Assembly (NCBI GenBank): GCA_937625935.1
Contig: OW569358.1
Location: 186,001 to 250,000 of the forward strand
DNA: 64,000 nucleotides
Reading direction: 5' to 3'
Source of the DNA: Tetramitus jugosus
Taxonomy: Eukaryota > Protista > Heterolobosea
Numbering within the stretch: the first letter of the stretch is position 1; each line of letters starts with the position of its first letter. Positions 34,401 through 44,021 of the stretch are shown here, in pieces. Made by a program: the position numbers and the translations under genes. The notes beneath the pieces were generated by a model. It saw only the letters and a list, made by a program, of their open reading frames with translations, was not told the DNA's origin and did no database searches.

Positions 34401-34893
34401 TGTATGCATAGTCATCCATCTTCATCGCCTCGTCAGTCAACACCAATTGTGAATTAATTGGAGAATACACCACTTCGATACTCTTCTCAAAACACAAGTT
34501 CATCGTTGATTCGTTCATCTTGTTCAGCAGTACTTGATCCAAGAGACTCGGTTCCTTCTTCACCGCTATCGTAACATCCTCTACAGCAATACTCTTGCTC
34601 TGTTCTTCCAATTGTGGTGATGTCGGTGGAACAGCAGAAGGTGAAACTGTTGTTTCCTGAGCTAAGAAATCATCGAATGATAGAGATTCTACGACAAACT
34701 CCTCCTCTGATTCTTTCTTTAGTTGTAGTTCGACCTTTTGTCTCGTCGTCACATTTCCGACCGAAGAGGAGGCACCTGATGTAGATAACTCATCATCATT
34801 GGTTCGTTTATTCTTCTTGGATTTGCCGGTAAGTGCCTTGAGTGTCGACTTTGGTACGATTCGTTGAAAATGTTTCTTTGCTAACTTGTTCAT
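31450..34893 (-). CDS. Munc13/Unc13-like protein (C2 plus MHD1/MHD2)
   Basis: C2-like segment (FGEVKIPVSSL), DKWE....HSHSVVDLF, VKLNNIE and YFYGDGEGL motifs. Confidence 0.8.
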   Translation of the reverse strand: MNKLAKKHFQRIVPKSTLKALTGKSKKNKRTNDDELSTSGASSSVGNVTTRQKVELQLKKESEEEFVVESLSFDDFLAQETTVSPSAVPPTSPQLEEQSKSIAVEDVTIAVKKEPSLLDQVLLNKMNESTMNLCFEKSIEVVYSPINSQLVLTDEAMKMDDYAYIGMKLANTIRSAFPNVSSSKFESEWNNCAKRSFPDPSSTKKPVDHALLNLMVREKMIQKGRYKHFSRENFSSKKEYEQWKEKELQLISFLRNRAKTNREQRFLFRVNIDLLQLVLDAERKDLVPRQEVFFKVRASGQPELLHTTSNRRAIRNKNNQLTLTIEPDLPMCDIMTADQHIIIHIYRRGVLGNERFGEVKIPVSSLLDYFVPVDCSWAIQPFSAEYDIYQNEKGKPPTENRIGRLFASFYMQIHRSPEILEEEKYSQRMITKCADLDYHLLFDILLHQFIEANKIGKERDDRKLVDFYQTWILEEFCNQHGISEVYKRISMLREIISHNELLLMFIQEFKESFDFVNSNIQEKFVVTTQYEGDLIRSLKNELTGKLESVIFKFISEFDTGRSRVLRVAIDLLEYISLKDGSMTKEEFSKKFKAIMLDALRKNYSAMSKKLGNTTDNMARALMNAVEAVKEAMYDIMYYSDAVPAYCKWEARALKIFLEELNNDFDSLKERKELSGYWVLTYCKKMDELNDEIRENYSKKELKRAKIELFNVRENSQKYEDEYIGELAVTLNTHMNRSLSLDKWERCNEDVLHSHSVVDLFTSAFQTLEYISGTDFVTESLLDKYSIVVGECITKYSKHLEQLCKQDMLHVAESHESYQHEINKQSPVPKLRRKRDMFKLRFKTNLMKSNREDESEIGEIMYVTPEFVVKLNNIEASKVQLKDWVRALMDEKSTFRDIDTNMDEEDDSGSESESESMVDESLKNMMRIVSQISRILRDLQTSIALQFKPYIRPALNKVLRITRENMKKSHVKLPEDELRSIYGKQAKQMLNDTFLESILTPNLAILSENIYEGAFLKILAEIFKIIMDECVQILIPFSATQKKGCDCIDVAQECVLRHLVEHVEEYFYGDGEGLSHKTIARQKRFFLQVEQLFFMDTERLIGLCEKLSGLSDNRADVIKYSHVLAILSGRYKRDKTAKRYFKAVVQRS

Positions 34894-35176
34894 CTGTCTC
34901 TTGCTGTTGTTGTTCGCTTTGTTTGTTGTGCATGAAATGAGCTCCTCTCTTCGCTTCTCTTTAGAGCGTTGGAACTATTGGAATGGACTTTTTGTCTTCA
35001 CAGAATCGATTCTTCTCGAAATAAAAAGTCCTTTGCTGTAATTTTAGAATTATCGGTTCCTTGTTTTCCCGTCAATACAACAGAAAGAAATCTTCCAATG
35101 GTATGGATTACAAGATAAACAACAAAAAATTTAATCCCTCCCTCAATTGTTTGAGGCATGTAACGAAGGTACAAAT

Positions 35177-36103
35177 CTAAAATCTCTTGGTCAACCAAAT
35201 CGCTGCCTTGCATCCATTCTTTATCGACTGATAAAGAATTTGATAGAATGGTGCTTCCATTGCACGATTCTGCTCTGCTAGTTCATGGTGATGCAATTCA
35301 TCGTCTCTGAAACGTTTCACAACATCCAACAGTTCCTCTTCTTTTCTTGTGCGTTGCTGGTTCTGTGCCATGGCAGGTGAAGAGAAAAAGTAGTCTGTAA
35401 TCTCCTCCTCGCTCTTGCTCTGATCACCACCCTCTTGCATCATTCTCTCAAAGTCAATGTCTCTCTGCTTCTGACTCATCGCCTCATTCAAATCATAAAT
35501 CTCTCTCAATTGTTCATTGTAATGATCAGAAATAACTTCTTCAACAGCATGATGACAAGCCATGGCAGCTTCCCTGCCCATGAGAGCTGTTCCCACGCCT
35601 GCAATCGAACCTGCGACGCGCCAAATTGGTCTCAACACAGTCGGTCTCACTCTCCTCTCAAAAATCATGTCTTCGAATCGCGCAAAATGATCCTTTTCTT
35701 GACTGAGAATCTCATTGAGCACAGGATCATTGTTCATAATGAGCATTTGAGCTTTGCAGATGGTGACTGCGCCAAATTCACCTGCATGGTCCACTCGTAT
35801 CATCTCATCAATCTTTCTACTGTGTAGATAGAGAGAAGATTGGTCACTGTTTGGATTGGAAGCTTCCACCTCTGATGCATCATCGTCATACTTGCTCCAT
35901 ATCAATCCTCTCTTGTTGATCACTTGTTGTTGTGTTTGTTGTTGTTGTTGTTGAGCATTGCCATGGATACCATTCGTATTATTATTGTTAGTCACAGTGT
36001 AGTTGCGCTGGTGGATCCAACAGAGAGGTTGTTGTGTGATGATGGAGAGTCGCTGAAGAGCAATTCGGTGTTTGGACAGAGTGTTCTTGAGTACTGGATG
36101 CAT
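35177..36103 (-). CDS. COQ7: Demethoxyubiquinone hydroxylase COQ7
   Basis: IRVDHAGEFGA, RVRPT, AMAC..AVE.VI..HYNEQLR, FRDDELHH di-iron motifs; presequence. Confidence 0.95.
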   Translation of the reverse strand: MHPVLKNTLSKHRIALQRLSIITQQPLCWIHQRNYTVTNNNNTNGIHGNAQQQQQQTQQQVINKRGLIWSKYDDDASEVEASNPNSDQSSLYLHSRKIDEMIRVDHAGEFGAVTICKAQMLIMNNDPVLNEILSQEKDHFARFEDMIFERRVRPTVLRPIWRVAGSIAGVGTALMGREAAMACHHAVEEVISDHYNEQLREIYDLNEAMSQKQRDIDFERMMQEGGDQSKSEEEITDYFFSSPAMAQNQQRTRKEEELLDVVKRFRDDELHHHELAEQNRAMEAPFYQILYQSIKNGCKAAIWLTKRF

Positions 36104-36363
36104 CTCGTGTTGTGTTGTCGTTTCTTTATGATGATGCGGGAACAGATCAATTTTTGTTTTTCCATCCGAGACAGCCGATTTCCGGAGGTCTACGATTCAG
36201 AACAGCATTCACAAAGAAAACAAGCGAGAATTAGATAGCTGAGGGTTTACTTTCGGTATTTGAACTAAATTAGATTGTTTTGTGTGCTGCGTGTTTACAA
36301 ATGGTGTGAGAGCAACAACTAATGTTGAGAGTGCTCATCAATTCCAATTCAAAAATGGCCAAT

Positions 36364-38108
36364 TTATCTGATCATTTGCCAGTTGGAGATCATAATCTTT
36401 TGCGTGCACAACAGAGCGTGCTTCTTGACAGTGTCATCTGGCCATTCCATCAACTCAATAATCTTATTCTTAGCATTCAAGTCTGTTAGAATCTTCTTTC
36501 CTCTTGGATGGAATTGTACAAATTGACCGAGATCATGGCAAGCAATAGCCAAATTTTGAGAGTTGCTTTGATCCAAAAGCTTCACCAACTCTCTCAAGAT
36601 ATAGAAATTGTTTTGCTCCAACTTTGCCAAATTCTCCTTCCAAAACTTTTCAGATGTGTGAACTGGACTCCATTCCAATTGACCGCCCAAAACCTCTTGT
36701 CTGTATTCATCAAATGAGCTCAATTCATCAATGTGCAAATCCAATGCCTCGTACAGAGTCTTGACGTCATCGGCGATATCAGAATCCTCAAAATTGCGCT
36801 TAGTTAAACTAGAGAGAGTCTTTGGTACACTGACATTGACCATTTCAGAGATAAATTTGTTCGATCTGTTCATTAGATTCTTAAAGGTGGCCAAAATAAC
36901 ACGAATGACCTTTTCCTTTTGAGTATTCTTCAAAACAGAGTGAAGTCTGTGGGAGTTACATGATTTAAAAATGGCACAGTGGTGTCAATTCATCATTCCA
37001 ACATGCAACATGTTCAGAAACAATACAAGCAAATCAACAACAGTTAACATAAAAGTTCATACCTTGGGATGACCTTTCCATTTTGGAAAAAGGTTTCACC
37101 ATTCTTGTTGAATGACAACAACCACAAGCAGAAGGAAATTTCATACAAGACTTGAATGTTGCCCATGTTTGTTTGCAACAAGTTGATGAGAGGGGTGATG
37201 CCACGTGCCTTGTAAAACATTTCTCTGCACTCATCACGCTTCAACAAAATCATCAATGCACTCACGCACATTCTAGCCTTCTTTGAGTCATTGTCTGCGC
37301 TCTGTAATTGATTAGAAATGTTGTCCAACAAATTTTCAACTTCACTTCTCTTCAATTCAGCGTCCAATTCAAACAGAGAGGCAAGACACTTGTAACACTT
37401 TTGCAAAATGATCAAATCAGTCTTGCTCAACAGTCTCAAGAATGGTGAATATGGGTTCAAGTTGTTCAACTTCAATTGAATTTGGTGGAACTCTCTCAAG
37501 AAGACAGGTGAGTCTGAAAAAAGAAGATGCCATTTGTGATCCATTTGAGTTAGTACGTGTTGTCACACCGATTCAATGAATCAAGTGTTGCACAAAACAC
37601 AAAATGATGTACATACTGTCAAAAATGTTCTCAATCAAATGCAAAACATATCTCAATGTTTCAGTTTGATGAATGCTAAACAGCATCTTGATAAACAATT
37701 CAACATATTCATTCGAGTTCTATGAACAACAGCAGAATATCATCATTATCATTTTTTGTACATCAAAAAAGTAATCAAGAAAATCAGATTAGTACATTAC
37801 TCATCATTCCAATCAATCAAACTCACCACATGTGTGAGACCAAAAAATCAATTTTTTCACACACATACCTCAGTCACAATTCTGACAATAGCAGTAATGT
37901 CATAAAAATGAGACAATTCGTCCATTCGTTTGCGCTCAAGAGGAGTCAAAACACCGGCCTCTTGATATGGTTCCCATGCTGGTGGCTGTGGAACGTCTTC
38001 TTCTTCTTCAATATTTTCGGCAAGAACGCTTGGTGCAAGAGTCTCCTTTGGAGGCTTGATGGATTTCTTTTCCTTTGCGTCTAATTTGTCAAGATTCTCG
38101 TATGGCAT
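36364..38108 (-). CDS. VMA13: V-type ATPase V1 subunit H; introns 37720-37868, 37514-37616, 36947-37062
   Basis: QVLYE..FCLWLLSF, KEKVIRVILATFKNL, LSSFDEY, LEWSPVH.SEKFWKEN, ACHDLG; GTATG..AG introns link the pieces. Confidence 0.92.
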
Positions 38109-38474
38109 TTTAGTACTTTGTTGTTGTGGTTGTTAATAATGATGTTTGCTTTTTTTTTTCTGGACTGAAAAAATCTTCCTCATCGCCACAAGTAAGATTT
38201 CTTCACTTTCACAAGGAAAGTCAGTTAGAGGGATGAGACAGACACTCTATCATCTGACTGTCTTGCACTGGCAATATGCACCTTCACACAACCTCATCGT
38301 CCTCAAAGGAGAGCTTCAAGTGTTGTATCGCCCAAGTTACAATGTGAAAAATATCTCCACATCGGAGTAAACGTTACAAAATTTGATTCTAGGTCGGATT
38401 ATTTATTTCGCCGCCAGTTCCATGCAAAGCAAGAACGAAACACCCAAGATCAAACAAACACACAGAAACAACAA

Positions 38475-39080
38475 ATGGCTCATAAATTTTTGTCTCTAGA
38501 TCGTTTTGCACTTCGACAATTCGATGCTTCCTTTTCTGGTGGTACCAAGATCTCCATCTCACCTCAAGAGTTCATGTCTCAACTCGCAAAGCTAAACATT
38601 GGTGAGGCTGACTTGAAAGATGGTTACGCACCGTTCTGCAAGCACGTTTTCGTTCCCAATTTTGCTCAATGTGAAACTACTGTTCTAGCGATCACTTCTG
38701 ACAATGAACATTCGCTGAAAACGGGATACGAGCGAAGAACAGAGAAAGAGTTGCCAGTGTTGGCTCGTTGGTTCCCAAAGGAGGCAGTCAAGACACTCAT
38801 TCGTCCATCCAAGTTCCTTGATATCATTCTGTACTCTAGAGAACAGATTATTAAGGAGAATGAAGCAATGAGCAATGAGAACGATCCAGAGGATGATCGG
38901 ATACCATGGGGCATCATTTCGGTAAAGTCCCAGGACGAAGACTATGAATTGCCAATGAATCCGATCACTGTCCTAAGAAATGCACTGGGAAGAGAAGAAG
39001 GAGGAAGTGGCGTACCGTTGGATCGCGAAAAGTACATGCAATCAGTCGAGTATTGGAGCAAACATGCAATTATTCAATAA
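38475..39080 (+). CDS. DUF3228 family protein
   Basis: FALRQF, DGYAPFCKHVFVPNF, YERRTEKELPVLARWF, LDIILYSREQI, PMNPIT..RNALG..EGGSGVPLDR. Confidence 0.88.
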   Translation: MAHKFLSLDRFALRQFDASFSGGTKISISPQEFMSQLAKLNIGEADLKDGYAPFCKHVFVPNFAQCETTVLAITSDNEHSLKTGYERRTEKELPVLARWFPKEAVKTLIRPSKFLDIILYSREQIIKENEAMSNENDPEDDRIPWGIISVKSQDEDYELPMNPITVLRNALGREEGGSGVPLDREKYMQSVEYWSKHAIIQ

Positions 39081-39108
39081 AAGAGTTATTTCAGAGAGAA
39101 CTTTGATT

Positions 39109-41013
39109 TTATCCATTTGTTTGCCAAATCTCAGCCACTCTCTTTGTTTTCTTCTCTTCTTGATTCTTCTTACTCCTTTCGACAGCTCGTCTTCGATGAT
39201 AAGCTTCTCTGTTGTAAGCACTGAGAAGTTTCTGTCTTTCCTTCTTTTCTTCAGGCGAGAGAACTGAGAATCCTTCTTTTCCAGGCAGGACAGACACTTC
39301 AAACGATAGATGAACCTTGTTTGTTTTGAATAACGCACAGAAATCGTTCAGAGCATGTTTGTGTAAGAAGGGCAGTGCACCGATAACAATCTTCCGCTGA
39401 CCAATCGTGCTGACACGAAGATCCACATCAAGAATCACACCATCAGGCACCGGTCTTGTCAATTCCACTCTCGCAACAAAAATTTCTACACCATAGGGAA
39501 CTTCTTTGTTCAAACGTTGATAGAGCTTCTCACGTACCACTTCAGCCACTCTCTGTTTCAGTGACATTTGTGGTAACACCACATTGTAGAGCCATTCATG
39601 ACTATAAGCCATCTCAAAGAGCACTCGCTTCAATCGATCAACACCATCATTCTTTACGACACTCATTGGTATCACATCTACAAACACTTTTGTGTCCAAT
39701 AGAGCATACTCTAGATCGGTGATTGAGTCTTCATCTTCCACCAAATCCTTCTTATTTAAGATGGCAATGCACTGGAAGCGCTTTGGTCCAGCAGGCTTCT
39801 GCTCTTGTACTTGAGGAGTGTTAGTATCCTTGACTGATTTCTTTTTCTTTTTGCTCTGCAACTTGTTTTGTTCGTCTTCCAATTGCTTTTGTTGCGCTTC
39901 CCACTCTTGCTGCATGGATTTGTGATGATGCGCAATGGCTTTGACCAAGTGATCAATCTCGTCCAATGGCTTTGTCGCATCAATCATCATCAACACAACA
40001 TCGGCCTTCTCCAGACTTGTCATTGCCTCTCGCATCAATGGATCAGCCAATTGACCCACACTGGCATCTGTTCGCTTGTACTTTGGTGAGATGACACCAG
40101 GTGTATCAGTGAACACCAATTGAGCCTCACGAATGTTGTGAACAACCATCAATTGCTCTCTTGTTGTTTGTTTCTTGGGTGATACAGCAGATACCTTTGC
40201 ATGTGTAATCTTGTTGAGCAATGAGCTCTTGCCTGCATTTGGATTACCAATGACTGAGATGCGCAAGAGTTTGGAGTGACGAGGAGAGGTGACCTTGGAG
40301 GAGGAAGAGGTGCTTGTTGCTGCACCTATTGGCATATTGTTGTTTCGTGCTTCAATCTCCTTCTTTTCCTCTTCGCTCAACAAGTCCACAAAGTGTTGAA
40401 CGTTGGTGTACTTGGAAGGATTAATAATGTTGAAGAGATGATCTTGATCTTGTTGTGACGTGATGGTTTCAGTCGTATTTGTTTGATCTTGTTGTGGTTG
40501 CGATTGTTTTTGTGAAGAGTTGCTGTTTCGATGACTCAATACTGCCATGGCAGATGCAGCAGTATAGTTTTGTTGTTGGTGATGAGATGACTTGAAAAAG
40601 TGAGTGTTGGTTTCGTTGCCTTCAAGGTGAATGGATTGTGCTTGTTGTTCTTCTTCATGACTGGACATGTCGTTGCTTGTTGTTGTTGTTGTCAATGATG
40701 ATGATTTTTTGCCCGACTTCATTGATTTTTTCTTGTTGTTTGTTTTGAGTGATGATGATGATGATGGTGATTCATTATTGCTTGTTGTTTCTGTTGGTTG
40801 TTTGCTTTCGAGTTGACCTCTCTTCACAGTTTCATTCACAATATGCTTCATTTGATTCTTTCTCTTTGAAGTAATGGACATTTGACGGCAAATGACTGAT
40901 GATGTGATTGTTGCAGAGTGTTGATGCAGGAAAAAGGATGAGGATGATGAGGTCATTGTTGGTGCAACAGCTGATGCTCGCACGAGAGCTCCCAATCGAA
41001 GCATGTGACTCAT
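39109..41013 (-). CDS. Mitochondrial Era GTPase (ERAL1-like)
   Basis: GNPNAGKS, VSPKKQTTR, DTPG, NKKD, EVVREKL...EVPY KH domain; presequence. Confidence 0.92.
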   Translation of the reverse strand: MSHMLRLGALVRASAVAPTMTSSSSSFFLHQHSATITSSVICRQMSITSKRKNQMKHIVNETVKRGQLESKQPTETTSNNESPSSSSSLKTNNKKKSMKSGKKSSSLTTTTTSNDMSSHEEEQQAQSIHLEGNETNTHFFKSSHHQQQNYTAASAMAVLSHRNSNSSQKQSQPQQDQTNTTETITSQQDQDHLFNIINPSKYTNVQHFVDLLSEEEKKEIEARNNNMPIGAATSTSSSSKVTSPRHSKLLRISVIGNPNAGKSSLLNKITHAKVSAVSPKKQTTREQLMVVHNIREAQLVFTDTPGVISPKYKRTDASVGQLADPLMREAMTSLEKADVVLMMIDATKPLDEIDHLVKAIAHHHKSMQQEWEAQQKQLEDEQNKLQSKKKKKSVKDTNTPQVQEQKPAGPKRFQCIAILNKKDLVEDEDSITDLEYALLDTKVFVDVIPMSVVKNDGVDRLKRVLFEMAYSHEWLYNVVLPQMSLKQRVAEVVREKLYQRLNKEVPYGVEIFVARVELTRPVPDGVILDVDLRVSTIGQRKIVIGALPFLHKHALNDFCALFKTNKVHLSFEVSVLPGKEGFSVLSPEEKKERQKLLSAYNREAYHRRRAVERSKKNQEEKKTKRVAEIWQTNG

Positions 41014-41109
41014 TGTTTTTTCAATTTGTATGTTGCTTGTTTTCTTTGATTTTCACACGGAGAAATGATATTGGCGGGAATTATTTTTTTCCAAGGAAGA
41101 ACAAAAAAG

Positions 41110-42345
41110 ATGAGAGTGGTTGGTGTCTTGTCCGGTACAAGTGTCGACGGCATTGATGTAGCAGTGGTCGACATTGAAGATGAAGCCTGCCATGTTGATT
41201 CAGCAATTCTAGCTCAAGATTTCACATACCGGTTGGATCTCAAGTGTTTCGAGTGTGTTGAGTGGGATCCAGCTATTAAAAAGCGTGTGTTGGATGCGAT
41301 GAACAGCACTCAGTTATCTGCTCAGGATTTTTGTGAAATCCACGTGCAAATCGGCCAGGAATTTGCGAGAGCTATACTGGAGACATTGACAAAACATGGA
41401 ATATCAACAAGTGAGATTGATCTCATTGGATCTCATGGTCAAACAATTTGGCATCAAGTGGGAAGAGGAGAGTCAATTCGAGGTACGCTTCAGATGGGAG
41501 AGAGTACTGAGATTGCAAATGCAGTGGGTGTAGATGTCGTGGACCAATTCAGAGTCATGGATGTTGCAATGGGAGGTCAAGGCGCTCCATTGACCAGTAT
41601 TTACGACTATTTGACTGTGAAGAGGGATCAAGAATGCATTGTTATTGTGAATAATATTGGTGGTATGAGCAATGCAACGATTCTTCCTCCGATCCATGAA
41701 GTTGATGCTGAATCAAAGTTAATGTCGTTTGACACGGGTCCAGGCAATATTATGATCGACGAAGCCATCGTGTACATGTCAAATGGCCAAAAGAAATTTG
41801 ATGAAAATGGAGATCAAGCATCCAAGGGTGTCTGCTGTCGCGAGTTACTATTAGAAATATTGGATAATCCGTATTTCAATGAACCCATCCCTAAAACTAC
41901 TGGAAGGGAACAATTCGGTACAAAGCATGTGCACCATTGGATTCAAAGGGCGCGTGAAGTATATCATTTATCAGATGAAGATATACTATGTACATTAACT
42001 CATGTAACAAGCCGCAGCATCATCGTGTCATATCAACAGGCTCTCTCCCTAAAATATGGTTCTAACGCTCCCGATATCTCCTCCATCACTATCACTGGTG
42101 GCGGTGCTCACAACAGCTATTTGTTGAAAATACTTCAGAGCGAGGCAAGATCAGTATTCAACAATGACTCTATTGTAGTTAGAGAAGCAGATGACAGTAC
42201 TGGGTTTGTTGATGCAAAAGAGGGCATGTTATTTGCGTTACTGGCATATTTATTTACAAAGAGAAGAAATGGAAATATCCGTCAGGTGACTGGAAGCTCT
42301 CACAATGCGGTATTGGGGAAGTTAACTCCATATCAACAACTGTAA
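41110..42345 (+). CDS. anmK: Anhydro-N-acetylmuramic acid kinase (AnmK/levoglucosan kinase family)
   Basis: GVLSGTSVDGID, IGSHGQTIWH, TLQMG, DVAMGGQGAPL, NIGGMSN, FDTGPGN, PKTTGREQF, GGGAHN, AKE..FA; intronless. Confidence 0.93.
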   Translation: MRVVGVLSGTSVDGIDVAVVDIEDEACHVDSAILAQDFTYRLDLKCFECVEWDPAIKKRVLDAMNSTQLSAQDFCEIHVQIGQEFARAILETLTKHGISTSEIDLIGSHGQTIWHQVGRGESIRGTLQMGESTEIANAVGVDVVDQFRVMDVAMGGQGAPLTSIYDYLTVKRDQECIVIVNNIGGMSNATILPPIHEVDAESKLMSFDTGPGNIMIDEAIVYMSNGQKKFDENGDQASKGVCCRELLLEILDNPYFNEPIPKTTGREQFGTKHVHHWIQRAREVYHLSDEDILCTLTHVTSRSIIVSYQQALSLKYGSNAPDISSITITGGGAHNSYLLKILQSEARSVFNNDSIVVREADDSTGFVDAKEGMLFALLAYLFTKRRNGNIRQVTGSSHNAVLGKLTPYQQL

Positions 42346-43065
42346 TTATAGTTTGTAAAGAAGAGCTCTTGCTGGAGCTGCATCTATACCCATGAGCTTA
42401 ATTGGAAGACATAGGAAGAAATACTTGCTCTTCTGTCCAGCTTTCTTTCCACTTTGATGCATGAATACAAAGTCAGCTTGTACTTCGGCTAGTCTCAACC
42501 CTTCAATGATTGGTATCTTTGCTGACAGAAGCACTTGATGAGTTTGGTGATCCTTTTGTATATCTGATCTCTCTATTCCTGGGAAGTCAATGCCAATACA
42601 CTTGATTCCCTTCTCTACTAACCACTGTGCAGCATCACCTCCAAGTGCCAAGTAGTTTGGATTGAATGGTGCATCATACGCCAGTTGACTATTTCTTGTT
42701 TTGAGCAAGATAATATCATCCTTGTCAATGCAGCTTTCAAATGGAGAGAAGTGTTCTCTTGTGATCTGAGGCACAGAGTCACCGAGAGCACTAAAATCAA
42801 GTATCTTGCAAGGCCCTTGCAGACTATCAAGCGGTATTTCATCTATAGTGTTACCATCCTTCAAGAAATGACATCCAGCATCGATATGGGTCCCTGTATG
42901 TGCATTCATATGAATATTGGAATTTCGGCAATGATGCTCGGCCCAATTTCTCTTTTCTTCAAATCTGGTGTCATTGGAATCCTTCCAGGTCGTAGTTTTC
43001 TCATCAACGGGCCAACTAATATCAATGATCCCTTGAGTGAACACTGTTAGATCTCTGTCAGACAT
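42346..43065 (-). CDS. Cyclase-family metal hydrolase (kynurenine formamidase KynB-like)
   Basis: HTGTHIDA, GIDFP, HQVLL...IPIIEGL, LPIKL.G.DAAPARA; likely start MSDRDL at 43065. Confidence 0.9.
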   Translation of the reverse strand: MSDRDLTVFTQGIIDISWPVDEKTTTWKDSNDTRFEEKRNWAEHHCRNSNIHMNAHTGTHIDAGCHFLKDGNTIDEIPLDSLQGPCKILDFSALGDSVPQITREHFSPFESCIDKDDIILLKTRNSQLAYDAPFNPNYLALGGDAAQWLVEKGIKCIGIDFPGIERSDIQKDHQTHQVLLSAKIPIIEGLRLAEVQADFVFMHQSGKKAGQKSKYFFLCLPIKLMGIDAAPARALLYKL

Positions 43066-43329
43066 TTGTCTAATGGTTTTGTTTTCAGTTTCTGATCTTC
43101 GGCTTTGGGTGGCCCGATAACCTGCGGAGTTTAAATTATCTCCGATTTGGTCGCCTTCTACGGTAGTGGGAACAAGCATGGAATTGCAGAGTGTAAGCAC
43201 TGGTAGTTCCATGAGTGATGCACTTCATGGCTCACTTGATTTCAAGAGGGAGAAGTTACTATATGTCAAGGACAAACAAAGAACAAAACAAGGATATCAT
43301 CGATACCAGATTCTATCAAGGCCAGCATA

Positions 43330-43935
43330 ATGACAATGAGAAACAACTTTAGACTTGCTGTTTGTGGAGCAGGAGCTGTTGGTAAGAGCTGTTGTACTAT
43401 TTCCTTTATCAATCCACATCAGAAAATATCTGGTGTGTATGATCCAACGATTCAAGACTCTTATATGAAAGAGCTAGAATTTGAAGGACAAAAAGTATTC
43501 TTGGAAGTGATTGATACAGCAGGACAAGACGAGTATGATGCTCTTAGAGATCAGTACATGAGAGAAAGTGATGGCTTTCTTGTGGTTTATGACATTACAG
43601 ACAGACAATCATTCATTCAAGTGGATGACTTTGTACAGCACATTAATATGGTCAAGGAAGATCAAGATACAATTCCTATGGTGTTGGTAGGTAACAAGAG
43701 CGATTTGAAAGCCAATCAAAAGATTTCAGAGGATGAAGCAAAGAAGTACGCCAAAGTTTCAATGGGAAATGCGCCATTCTTCTATGCCAGTGCCCTTCAG
43801 AGATACAATATTGATGAATGTTTCAACGCATTGATCGCAAGGATAGTGACACAAGAGAAGTTAGCATTCGAAGAACGGAAGAAGAAACAAACTCAAAACT
43901 CGAAAGACAAGGCATCGTGTTGCACTGTCATGTAA
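43330..43935 (+). CDS. Ras-family small GTPase
   Basis: GAGAVGKS, YDPTIQDSY, DTAGQ, NKSD, SA, C-terminal CCTVM CAAX. Confidence 0.95.
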   Translation: MTMRNNFRLAVCGAGAVGKSCCTISFINPHQKISGVYDPTIQDSYMKELEFEGQKVFLEVIDTAGQDEYDALRDQYMRESDGFLVVYDITDRQSFIQVDDFVQHINMVKEDQDTIPMVLVGNKSDLKANQKISEDEAKKYAKVSMGNAPFFYASALQRYNIDECFNALIARIVTQEKLAFEERKKKQTQNSKDKASCCTVM

Positions 43936-44021
43936 AATATAAAACAAGTTGTAAATAAAACAGTCATTCAGTTTCAAAGTTGTTTGCGAATCCACTGCGC
44001 TCAAAGAGCACAATATAGAAA

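Noticed and set aside
41110-43065. Bacterial contamination or chimeric assembly at AnmK/KynB
   Set aside because: Tightly interdigitated with eukaryotic genes (Era with presequence, Ras), similar base composition, no Shine-Dalgarno or operon layout.
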